Below are positions 50,833-61,715 of a DNA stretch of 64,000 bases, piece by piece (the first letter of the stretch is position 1; the number at the start of each line of letters is the position of its first letter). The stretch comes from Camelus dromedarius (Eukaryota): contig NC_087436.1 of the NCBI RefSeq assembly GCF_036321535.1, positions 12,462,001-12,526,000 on the forward strand, in the 5' to 3' direction. The translations under genes and the position numbers were made by a program. The notes under the pieces were generated by a model. The model did not search any database, was not told the origin of the DNA, and was given only the letters and a program-made list of their open reading frames with translations.

Positions 50833-51340
50833 AACATGAAAGGAAACTGTATGTTTACAGCATGTTAATGGATGAAAAGACTCATATTAAAAGTTGCCAA
50901 TTTTTACCATATCAATTTATAAATTCCATTCATGCATAATTTAAATCTAAGCAATATTTTTATGAACTTGAAATCAAGGTTTTAAAACTTTATATGGCAT
51001 AAAGTGGTCTACGAAGAGCCAAGATAAATCCAAAATGAATGAACAAAGACGAATGATGTGCCCTGACAGATAATAGCACTTAAAATACATATATAGTAAT
51101 AAACAACATGGTATAAATACAGGAGTAAACAAATAGATCAATAGAACAGAAAAGAAAGGCAGAGGAAAAGCATGGATATAAGAACTTGATATATAATAGT
51201 ATTGGAATTACTCATCAATGGGCTTTCCATCTTTCGATGGATTTTTCCGTAAATACCTTTGGAGCACTAAGCTTTCTGTATGAAGTAAAATAATATTAGA
51301 TCCTTATAACACACCACACAAAAACAAATTCTAAATCAAA
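50833..51340 (+). mobile_element. Ancient L1M ORF2 fragment
   Basis: CATGTTAATGGATGAAAAGACTC..ATTTATAAATTC..AACAAATAGATCAATAGAACAGAA..TTAGATCCTTA..CACACCACACAAAA. Confidence 0.75.
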
Positions 51341-51982
51341 ATCCTGTTGTAGACCAGTTTCCCTAGAAAACAGCTCTCAAATGTGTATGCAGGAGGTTTA
51401 TTGACGAGTGCTCATGGGATTGAGAGAAACAGAATTGGACAGATGGAGAAATTAAACTGTGATTCAGTTGCAACAGTTTTCAGCCAATCCCACAGGAAAC
51501 TTTGAAGGTTCTTCGGAGACATTCACAACTGAGAAGTAGGCTGTCCCCAGCAAGGGGAGGCACCTTCTAAGGAGTAGCAGCCTTTGACTGAGGACAATTC
51601 CTATGGAGGGACCCAGCTATGAAACTTCATCAGGCAAGACTCCCAGAAGTGTGTGCATTGTTTAAGGTGGATCTGGGAAGTACTGTAGTGTTCACTACAG
51701 TCCATCCCTCACACTGCTCAGATCACACTGATTTAGTTAAATCCACCCAGTTGGGAAGGACTCCTCCTGGATGCTTGTTGGTCTCTTTTCTTGGGGACAC
51801 ATATAAGGAAGCCCTCCACTACTATACCTTGTCTAAGAGACACACAGATACTCATTTCTACTACTCATTCTTCAGTCCCTTCACTTTGAACTAGGACCAT
51901 CTGGTGGGGTAGCCTAGACCCTCATTTCTAGGTGCTCTGAGCCACTAGTGACCTTTTCTATTTATGATTAAAATTATCAGGG

Positions 51983-52497
51983 TGTTACTGAGTCCAAATT
52001 CATTCTGCTTACCACATGACAAGCCAATAAATTGGGAGACAAGGTGTTGGGGCAAGAAATAATGACTTTATTTGGAAAGCTAGCAGACTGAGAAGACGGC
52101 AAACTAACATCCTGGAGAACTATCTTCCCCCAAGTCATAATTCAGGCTCCTTTTGTACTGAAAAGGGGAAGGGATGTGTTTGGTTGTTTCAAACTTCCTG
52201 GTGCTGGAATCCTTTGTTCTTGCAGCTGTCTATGTAGGTCAGGTCGTGGTGTTCCTGCAAACCTCCAACAAGATAAATGTTATTTTCCATTCTGCAACTT
52301 TTTATCTTTATATGAATGGGAAAGTGTTACAACCCTAAACATCAGAGCCTTGAGAGTGGGCTGTCCTGTATATTTCAGGCTATAGGCAACATCCTTGTAC
52401 AAAAGAATCAGCATGACTCAGCACAAGAAACAGAGCACAGGGTGAAAGTTAAAGGAATAGGCCTAACATGGATTCAGGTTTTTTCTTTTCTATTACA
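51983..52497 (-). mobile_element. ERV1 solo LTR, MER34-like, copy 3, inserted in ERV-L internal sequence
   Basis: TGTTACT..ATTACA; flanks AGGG/AAGG; ERV-L-like sequence resumes after it. Confidence 0.9.
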
Positions 52498-53209
52498 AAG
52501 GAGAGTACCAAGAGATGCTCCAGTGAGTCACCTGGGTGCCAGACATAGTCTTCCCCACTCCTCCTCTGTAACAACAGCCCTGGATTTTCCTGCTGGTAAA
52601 GGTCAATCATCTCTGCCAAAATGATAACTCTCTTCTTTGCCTACTGGTCTCATGGTATAAAAAGCCCCAAATAATCAGGTGTCACCCATACCTTAAAGTT
52701 TAATACATTTTGGCTGTGTCCCCTGGTGGATACATTCTCTCTTCGTGAACTAAGATCTTTAGCCTGAAGAGCCTAAGAGTTTCAGGAACAAAAGTCCAAA
52801 TTATGTAAGTGAGCCTATTAGAGGGAAGACACTGGGGCCATTCATACTTCCACTCCTTGATTCCTAGACCATGTATTTTTCCTTTCTAAGGGTAATGAAT
52901 ATTCTATTCATTGACTTAGTTAATATACCATGTCCTGGAGCATAATGTCCCATTATTAAAGGGTATCATCTCTAAGTTGGTATGTCAGTTATAACTTCTA
53001 AAAGGTATCCCAACACTCTATCTGGGAGTTTCTGAGTGGTGTCATATCCAATAGGAACCTTATGGTCACATGCCTATTGTTGTACCTCCTTTGCTATACC
53101 ATCCCTTAGTTTGGCACAATGTATGCAGAATCCCAGTCGATGGTTGAAATAGTCTGTATGTCTTTATAATGGTCTGGATAAAGTCTATAAGCAGGAAAGG
53201 CAAAACAAT

Positions 53210-53560
53210 TCAATTCCCTTCAAGATAAATCACTGCTCCTTCAAGGTGGAAGAGTTCCAAAGTAATCCTCTCTTTACCAGCCTGGTTGATTTTCTCGAAA
53301 GCTGGTGCCATATTGAGAGTCCATCTTGTTGCTGGTTTCCATTGTTGACAGGTGGGACACTTGGCAGCGGGGGTAGTTAAATCAGCCTTGGGGAGTGAGA
53401 GTCCGTATTGTTGGGCCCACCCATATTGCCTGTCCCTATGATAATAGCTATTCCAATTTTGTACCCACTGGGCTAGTACTAAAGTGGTCCCTGACAGAAG
53501 ACAGTTCATGTCAACTGACCGAATCATTCCGTCAGCTTGGTTGTTTAGTGTCTGTTGCAC
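53210..53560 (-). pseudogene. pol: ERV-L pol relic: RNase H end and integrase zinc-binding region
   Basis: LNNQADGMIRSVD..TLVLAQW..RDRQYGWAQQYGLSLPKADLTTPAAKCPTCQQ matches recalled ERV-L LNNQVDRMTRSVD..AQWAHEQSGHGGRDGGYAWAQQHGLPLTKADLATATAECPICQQ; both His of HHCC appear lost and the frame drifts after CxxC. Confidence 0.92.
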
Positions 53561-54525
53561 GAGGAATGTTCTCTGTGGGCATAATCATGTGACACAAACA
53601 TTGTAACAATCTCATTCACTATAATTGCTTCCATCCTGCTTCTGATTCTTGAGCCCTCCCACCTGACCTGTAATTATCTGGGGATCATATCATCTCCTTT
53701 GCTATCAAGGAGCCCAGTCCTGCCATCAGCCTTGGTCTACAGAGCACAGCCACCACTAAGCTTCTTCACATTACTTTGGCCATTCTTACAAGTACATTCC
53801 TTATCACTTTGATTAAGTATGTTCTGGATCCTCCCGTGAAACATGGTTGCTGGTGGGGTTTCCAGTCTTACGTAATATTTTCTTGCCTTATGTAGGATCT
53901 CCTCGCTAGCATCTCACTTCTTTTAACCCCTTCTTCCACCACCAGCAATGATTCTGGCATTTCACTTTTTCCAGCTTTTGAGGAATCATCTGAACCAAAT
54001 GTTAGCACTGACTCCTGGGGTCCTGGTCAGGGTGTTAAAGCTTTGATCATGGATAGCTGTTCCCACATCACTAAAGTCTCCTTTACTTGACTTCATATTC
54101 TATCTTCTTTAATCTAGAATGCTCAGGATGTTACAGTTCAATACATGCTCTCCCATCTCCTGTTGGACTGTCAGGTAGGCCCTGTAGCTTTTCTGAGGTG
54201 TAGCCCTGTTCCTCCCTTGGTAGGCTCAGTGCTTCGCTGGCCAGATCATGTCGTGACTTCACCCTAGCAACTGATATGATAGTCAAAGGATGGGGAGCCA
54301 GGGTGACCTTAAGGAGGGCAACTATTGTCTTGTGATGAAAAGGCCTCTGCATAATCTCAATGTAAACAAGAAACACTAGGCTAACAGCAAGGAATGAGTG
54401 GCTTATTTAGGCCTGGAATATTCAGGAGAATCTAAGGATTCAAGATTTTGGGGTGCATTAACCCAAGTCTAAGAGTCTTACCTTCCCGAACACCATCTGA
54501 TATTTGGTGTAGCAGAACTTCAGTG

Positions 54526-54747
54526 TTAAGAATTCAACTTTCTTTGGAGCTCCGCTATCTTTATTTTTAAACTGTGGGCCTGCCCTCCAGTCTTTTCTGC
54601 CTTCCAGCTACAAAAGCTGAGAATCTCTTCATATACTGCTCAGGACACCCTCTGGCTATCACAAAGCCTTAACTGTGTGATTATCTTCAGCTTTTCTTTT
54701 TCTAATACACCAAAAGCCCTCAGCAACAGCCATCTGTAGTCATTTTG
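54526..54747 (-). pseudogene. gag: ERV-L gag N-terminal relic
   Basis: Hand translation QNDYRWLLLRAFGVLEKEKLKIITQLRLCDSQRVS*AVYEEILSFCSWKAEKTGGQAHSLKIKIAELQRKLNS* resembles the ERV-L Gag coiled-coil region; in-frame stops. Confidence 0.85.
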
Positions 54748-56749
54748 ACAAATTAACATTTGTTAAGTAAAGCACAGGGATGTATGGGATGACGAGCCAG
54801 ATTCAAAAAAAAAAAAAAGACTGCAAGGAAAAGTGAAATGGAGAGTCCACAGGTCCTGGAGGAGGTACACAGCAGGGGGGAGGTCAAGACAGGCAGAGGA
54901 AGAGCACTGTGCCAGCTCCCGGAGGGCTTGGCTTGGGGAGCTACAGTGCTGGCTCTAAAAGGCTTCCTGACCTTTCCCATTGAGCCTCGCTCCTCAACCC
55001 TTTCAGGGTGCAGGTGTGATGGTGGGATGCTCAGGTTTACTTCCTCTGGACAGAAGAGGCCATGTTCAGAGTCAAGTCTGAAATACAATCATCCCAGTGC
55101 AGCTAACTGTCTATAAAATCAGCCTTCCCAGAACTCAGTTGTGGCCCTTTGGACTGTCTCGGTCTCAGGAAGAATTCACATCGTTAATCACCAAAGTATT
55201 TTTGTGGGTCGAGGATTCAAGAACTGTTCCCTACTCAGGACCCTTTTAAATAGTTTTCTCCGTGTGGACCCTCTATTTCCAGGTAAGGCTAAAATCAAAT
55301 CTGGGAAGTTTAAGTAAACTGCCCTTTATCTTACTTCTCCCCAGTGTTGGATTTTTAAAGTCCTAGAAACCAATAGTTCCTTTACTTCTTAGTTCATTAC
55401 AGTTCCACACAATGAAGCCATTTTCAAGAATCCTGTGAAAGATTACGTACCTTGCATGGTACATCACAGGAAGAGTTACATATCTCTGGGGAGAGGATGG
55501 GGTGATAACCAGCATTATCAGGAGTCCCATCAATTCAGCCTGTTTTTCTTCTGGTGCCTGTAATTGCCCTCAGACAGATAACCCGGCATTATGACGTCCC
55601 TGCACACAGATCTACTCTGGGAACATCAACCAAAACAGTAACGAGAGGTCAAACTGTCAAGCTGCTTTGAACCACATAAAAACAAATTTAATAAATGTTG
55701 CTCACAAAACACACATGAATAATCACTAGGGCTGTCTCATGTCTGCCTCCGACAACTCATGCCTCTGTCAAGATCCTTCTTTATCAGTAGAATTCTTCTG
55801 CTGAACTGACTTCTAAAATTATTTCACAGATAAACCAAGAATTATACCTTGACTTGATAATCAACCTACTGTCGGCATCGGGGAGTGAGTGTCATCAATT
55901 AGGTGAACAGGCCTACCAGAAGTCCTTCTACCTCGAACAGAGAAAGCAGCACATATTTATATATTCAACAAACAGTAATCAGACAAGCTGGAAAAATGCT
56001 AAGTGTTTTTCTCCCTCATTACACAAGTAGCTGAAGTGTAATTATTTTTTAAATGGCATGGACCTAGGGAAGCGATCTCCAGCAATACAATTAATCAAGA
56101 TGAAGGATATAAGAGCTAATGGTCTTTTCTGCTAGACTCAAAAGTACACTAAAGTTTCACGATTACTTTCTCTTGCCCATAGCCTACAAAGAGGCTAAGC
56201 AGTTTATCCATTCATGAAATTTGTAATGCTGGAAAAGTCATAGACATGACATTGACAGAAATAATACAGTGATCTTCTGACAGTAATATACTCAGTTTGA
56301 ATCACGTTATTATCAAGATTATAAATTCTCATGGATCCACAGATGCATTACTACCCTGCTGCACTTTTGAACAGTGTTTCATGCTTGCAGGATGGCCAAA
56401 TGAGGTCCAGGATGGAGGATGTGCTAGAGAAAAATTTCGTTCACCATGAGATGAGACCCATCCATGTGACTAGGTCAGAGGAAGTGACTACAAGCATATG
56501 GAGCTCATTGGGAAGATTGTAGAAAAGCCAGCAGTTTTCGATCCATCCAAACACAGCTTTGTTTTTGTAAATTTGCAAGAAATAATTATGATCTGATTAT
56601 TTGCATAGCAATCATTTAATTCAATGTCATATGTCATTCTATGCAGCAACTCCCTAGGGTATAGCAGAAAGAGGCACAGCATGGGATCAACCCTACAGAG
56701 AAGCCACAATGTGAAAGAATTGTAGCAATTAGTGAGTTGGATAGCCAAT

Positions 56750-57130
56750 ATCACTTGTTGAATTAAGCAGATGTGATCCTGCCTTCAAAGCAGTTACAGT
56801 TTATTTTTTAGGAAAACAGACATTAATTAAATAGTCACGCAATATACATTAAAAACTGTGATAAGGACTATATGGGAAATGTATATGGAGCTCTGAGAAC
56901 TTCAGCAAGATGATCTGACTTAGGCAGCAGTGTCAGAGAGCCCCCCTATGGAACTGACCTTTGATCTGAATCAAAGATTCTTCTCAGAACTAAGGAGGAA
57001 ACAAGGAAGTTAAAAACATCATGTGCAAAGACCCTGGGGCAGATGGGAGTATAGCATTGAGGATGTAGGAAATATCCTTAGTTCAGTTTTGAATATTTGA
57101 AATAAAGGTGCTTATAAGACAAGAAAGCAA
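56750..57130 (-). mobile_element. L2 fragment
   Basis: TCCTGCCTTCAAAGCAGTTACAG..CATGTGCAAAGACCCTGGGGC..TTCAGTTTTGAATAT. Confidence 0.65.
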
Positions 57131-60029
57131 TTGAATATATGTTTGGGTCATGATCCTGTAACCTCATTTATGCCCAATACCTCTGAATGCCTCACTAACA
57201 TAGCAACACAATCTTGCTCTTAGAGGATTGTGAAGACATGGAAAGCCAGAGGAGAGTGTGAAACATCTTTTAAGCTTTTATCCTTGTGGTCACCTTTTTG
57301 TACATCAAGTATTCTCTAATGGGCACCCAGGACTCTGATTTTGCAGGCCTCCCTCTTCTTCACCTTCATGGGATCCCAGCTCCACTCTGCAAAGACAGTA
57401 GGTATTCTGTGTTCAAAGCATCCACCGGGGAAAAAAGATGACAGGACCTTACTGAGCCGAGCTGGAGCTCCCTGGGGGCTTTAGGAGGATATTTCAGAGT
57501 AGAAAAACTGTAACCTCTGTTTCAATGTTAACTAATTTTAGTAGAACTTCAACATATGTAAACTGACAAAATCCCCAAGCAAACAGAATTTAAATGAGGA
57601 TGTTGTAAATTTTATTTATACTAAACCACTGTTGAGAAACCACTACAGATTTTGCTTGGTTCTGACAGCAAAGAGGTGGTGAAACTTTGAACCTGGGTGG
57701 TATTTCTTCCTAATGAATCAAAGAACAAAATGCCCTGGAAATAGAAACATTTCTTCTGGTCCAGCTACAGGTTCAACTCCTCTGCTGGGCTTTACTGAGA
57801 TGGCATTAAAGGTGGCCCTTTTCATAACCCAGGGATGTGCCTACATCAGGCTTCAGCCAATGCTTACAGAATGGGTCTTCTCTTCATTAAATCTAAAGGG
57901 ACTGTTCTTAGAAAGTTGAGCTTCAGACGTGTCAAGTGATAAAACACAAGAGGAAAGTAGAAAGAAGAAAAATTCCCCAAACTGGGCTGAGATCAGTACC
58001 CTGTCATTTCTGGTACTCATGTATGATGACCCTCTGAGCTTTTCAAAGCCACGAAGATCTTCATGGTGACCGTGTGTGAGCTGGCTACACCGCTAACTGT
58101 CTCTTCTACCTAAAGGTAGCTGCTCTGAGGAAGTGACGTTTGGAAGCTCCTTGATCTAAAGGAGGAACAAAGTTGGGTGTGCCAAGGCCTAACAGTTTCT
58201 CAGAATAACCTGGAATCTGAGCACAACCGTCACCACCAGAAGCTGGCAGAATTCTTGACTGTTGGGGGTCTGGAAACAGGAGGTCAATTCCTTGTGTTGG
58301 AAGGAGAGGGGTTCTGCTGAGGGATGCTTTCTGTGAATGTTCCAGAGGCTCCACAAGTGTATCTCCAATCTGAAAGCCTCATATCTCAGGCAGCTATTCC
58401 CAAGCAGAAGTAACATGGCTTCTGCCCTCTTCCCACCACCACCGCCCGGCTGTCCTGTGTTCTCAGGTCTGGAGCCTCCTGTGCCAGGTGGCCTTGGCTG
58501 CCCCCAGTTCACCTCTGGCAGAAAGCAGAAGGGAGAAGGGTTCAGCTTTCCGCGCTGAAGTCAGTGCATCTGAGGGTGAAGACAATTTCCACAGCAACGC
58601 AGTCACAGGAGTGACTTGAGACTCGTGTCAACTCAAATGCTGCTCCCTGCTCCCTCCACACCCCCTCATCCTGTTATTTTTCTCTCAGCTACGTTGCGTG
58701 CTTCCTGAGGGCAGGAACCATATGATTCATTCTCATAACTCCTGGCAACTTGCAAGGTGCTCAAAGAATGATTTTTCAGTTGAATATTATTTCAGCATTT
58801 TTCTGGAAGAATATCCCCAAATTGGTTAACATCCACTTTAAAGAGAAGTTCCAAGAGTCAGTATGGGGAGGAACAAGGAAGAAAAATTTTTACTTTTCAT
58901 CTTATACCTTCTACAGTGTTAGAATATTTTGCCACATGGATATATGAGTGTTTTTATAACAAGATGCTCACTTTCTGTTTTATTCATTTGGTGCACTCTA
59001 CCTATGTTTTAAGATACAAGGAAAAATCATGGATTTTGAGGGTTTCAGTCAGAAAAGTTGAGTAAGGTCTATGGTATGAGAGGGAAATGTTTTTCCAGCC
59101 CTTCTCCAAGGCAGATACTTCTAATTAATCATGACATTCTTTCCTGCTGAGCCCAGGGACCACCTATAAGTCCTTTTCATCCCAGCATACCAGGCACTTC
59201 TCATGAACTGAGCAGAGTTAACCTGTGATGTGAAACCTCTATACCATCCTCTGATTGGATCATTCAATGCATTGACAGCCCTGATTGACTTGCAACTTAA
59301 CACTAATGAATCTAAGTTAAAAACTAGAGAAGCTGGTCCAGATGAAGACAGAGGGAAAAAACAGGTGGCACAGAGCACAGCAGAATGTGATGGAATCAAA
59401 CTGCAGTCCCTTAATCTGTCTCCAGATAAAAGCTGTCCATAGAAAAAGGAACTTGTTTTCAAAGATGATGGGTTTAGGCTGTCTGGATGGCTGCTTCCCT
59501 GCTTTGGCGCATTCGATCTGGGGGGCAAGCCAGCAGCTGTCACTGGTTCTCACACTGCTTTTTCTGTAAAATAAAAAAGACTGCCCCGAAGGGCCAGCAT
59601 TTCACAGTTTCCATTGTCATTTCCCAAACTCTATGTGGTCGTCTCATCAGAGACACCATAGGGTGTTAATAAAAGATAGTCTCTTCAATATGTTCTGTTA
59701 ATCCCATGATGATCAAAAGCAGAAAGATATTTTGGAAGAAAAATGGCTACTACCAGGGGCCTCAGCTCCCCTTGGAAGTGGAGCGATTCATCTACTTGCT
59801 GAAATAAGGCCCTTATTAGAGTTATGTTAGAGGAGAATCACATTGCAATCCAGTATAGAGGAAAATGGAGTGTTTGTCTGAGGTCGCAGACATGACTTGC
59901 TCCAGCCAGCGGGTACAACTGGGCCCACCTGGGTCAGGTTCTTGTCTGCTCTGGGCCGACTGGATATCTGTTGAGGGACTGCACAGTTCCTGCTGTTGAG
60001 AGAGGAAAATCCCTGACATATTCAAGGCC

Positions 60030-60289
60030 GTCAATTCAGATATTCATCTACTGAGCATCTACTACGTGCCAGGCACTGTGCTAAACGTTAGTCATTGTCC
60101 TTGGACCCGAAGGGCTCACACTCTCAGAACTCAGATACTCTCAGTAAGTAATTAGAGAATGATAAGAAAGAGCAGATGGCTAAGGGCCCAGGAAAAGGGA
60201 ACGGCTACACGGGAACCCCAAGTCAGAAGAGATTCATGTGAATCATGTAGCTAGAGCAGCGTCATGGACAAGGTGGGTCTTAAGGATAA
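60030..60289 (-). mobile_element. L2 fragment, interrupted by MLT2 and resuming about 60950-61130
   Basis: ACTGAGCATCTACTACGTGCCAGGCACTGTGCTAAAC. Confidence 0.75.
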
Positions 60290-60948
60290 TGTATTAGTCA
60301 GGGCTCTCCAGAGAAAAACCAGTATATGCACTGGGAAATCCTGACTAATTTTATATTTATATATATAAAATTTTAAATTTATAAATTTTATATATATACA
60401 ATTATATGTAATTATGGTATATATTATATGTAAACTATATATTATATAATATATAGTATATGTAATATATACAGTATGTATTATATAGTATATATCATAT
60501 ATATTATAAGTGTATGTTATATATATATAAAAGGAGATTCATTATGAGGAATTGGCTCACACAGCTATGAAGGCTGAGAAGTCCCCTGGTCTGATTTGTC
60601 ATCTGCAAGCTGGAGCCCCAGGAGAGCTGGTGGTATGACTCAGTGAGAATCCAAAGACCTGAGAGCCAGACAAGCTGATGGTGTGCGTTCCAGTCTCAGG
60701 GCCAGAAAAGAGATGATGAGATGTCCCAGCTCAAGCAATGAGTCAGGGAAAAAGGGCAAAGTCTTCCTTCCTCTACCTTTTTGTTCTATTCGGACACTCC
60801 CACAATGGGGAGAGAAATCTACTTCACTGAGTTCACTGATTCAAATGCTACTCTCATCCAGAAATACCCTCACAGACACATCCCGAAATAGTGTTTAATG
60901 TGGGCACCTCATGGCCAGCCAAGCTGTCCCATAAATTAATCATCAGAC
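60290..60948 (-). mobile_element. MLT2B-like ERV-L solo LTR with internal AT-rich low-complexity tract (about 60350-60530)
   Basis: TGTATTAGTCAGGGCTCTCCAGAGAAA..GAGGAATTGGCTCAC..GGCTGAGAAGTCCC..CCCTCACAGACACATCC..CATAAATTAATCATCA. Confidence 0.9.
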
Positions 60949-61589
60949 AGTGACAAGCGAGGGGAGAGCGTCACAGCTGGAGAAGTGGCCTGAGCGGGCG
61001 TGGAAGTGGGCACAGATGAGGACTGCGGGTTTGGGGAGGGACTGAGTTAAGTCAAGGCTTCTCGTGGGGAGTGTGGGGAGCTGCTGTGGAGGAAAAGTGG
61101 GGCCAGGTTATTGAAATGCTTGATGGTGGGGCAGTCCCAGGGCTGCTTCAGTGGTGACATCAGAATCCAACACAACCTAAAGATAGCATGAGGATGATTT
61201 AGCCATTTCTTTTGCTGTAACTACTCTGTGTTGAAGATCTGCTGACAGCCTGGGCCAGTCACGGTGCCACAACATGTAACCCCTATAGGAAGCCACTGAA
61301 GTTGGTTCCCGATTTTTGAGTTAAAAACATGTGACCCAGCAAGAGGAAGAAATTTTACCGAAGTCACAATATTCAGGGACAGGACTGTAAGACCCTGAAA
61401 CCCACACCCTTTGCACTCTGGGCCACGGAGGTGCAACGCAGCTAAACTTGAATAAGCCTTGTCCAAACAGCATTAAGGGGATTCATGCTCGTCTGTTATG
61501 CCCAAATAGATACTGGTGTGTTTCCCGTAAATATCAGTTAGGGCCACCCAGTTGCAGACTCTCCCGTTAGCAATACTTAGAAGCACCCA

Positions 61590-61715
61590 GTTACTTTATT
61601 CATTCACTTCACAAGCAGAAAGTGCTTGCTCCGTGCCAGGCACTGCTGTGATCTCTGGGACAGACCCGCAACCGATGCAGTGCTCCTCCCCGCTTCATGT
61701 ACCTTCTCACGTGGA
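61590..61715 (-). mobile_element. L2 3' fragment
   Basis: TTTATTCATTCAC..GTGCTTGCTCCGTGCCAGGCACTG. Confidence 0.6.

Larger units (their letters stand above)
51345..54760 (-). mobile_element. Decayed ERV-L provirus: 3' LTR (51345-51699, LTR33/LTR16-like), PPT, pol and gag relics; 5' LTR not seen
   Basis: PPT/LTR junction AGGGATGGAC|TGTAGTG on the minus strand; integrase and gag peptides listed separately. Confidence 0.9.
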
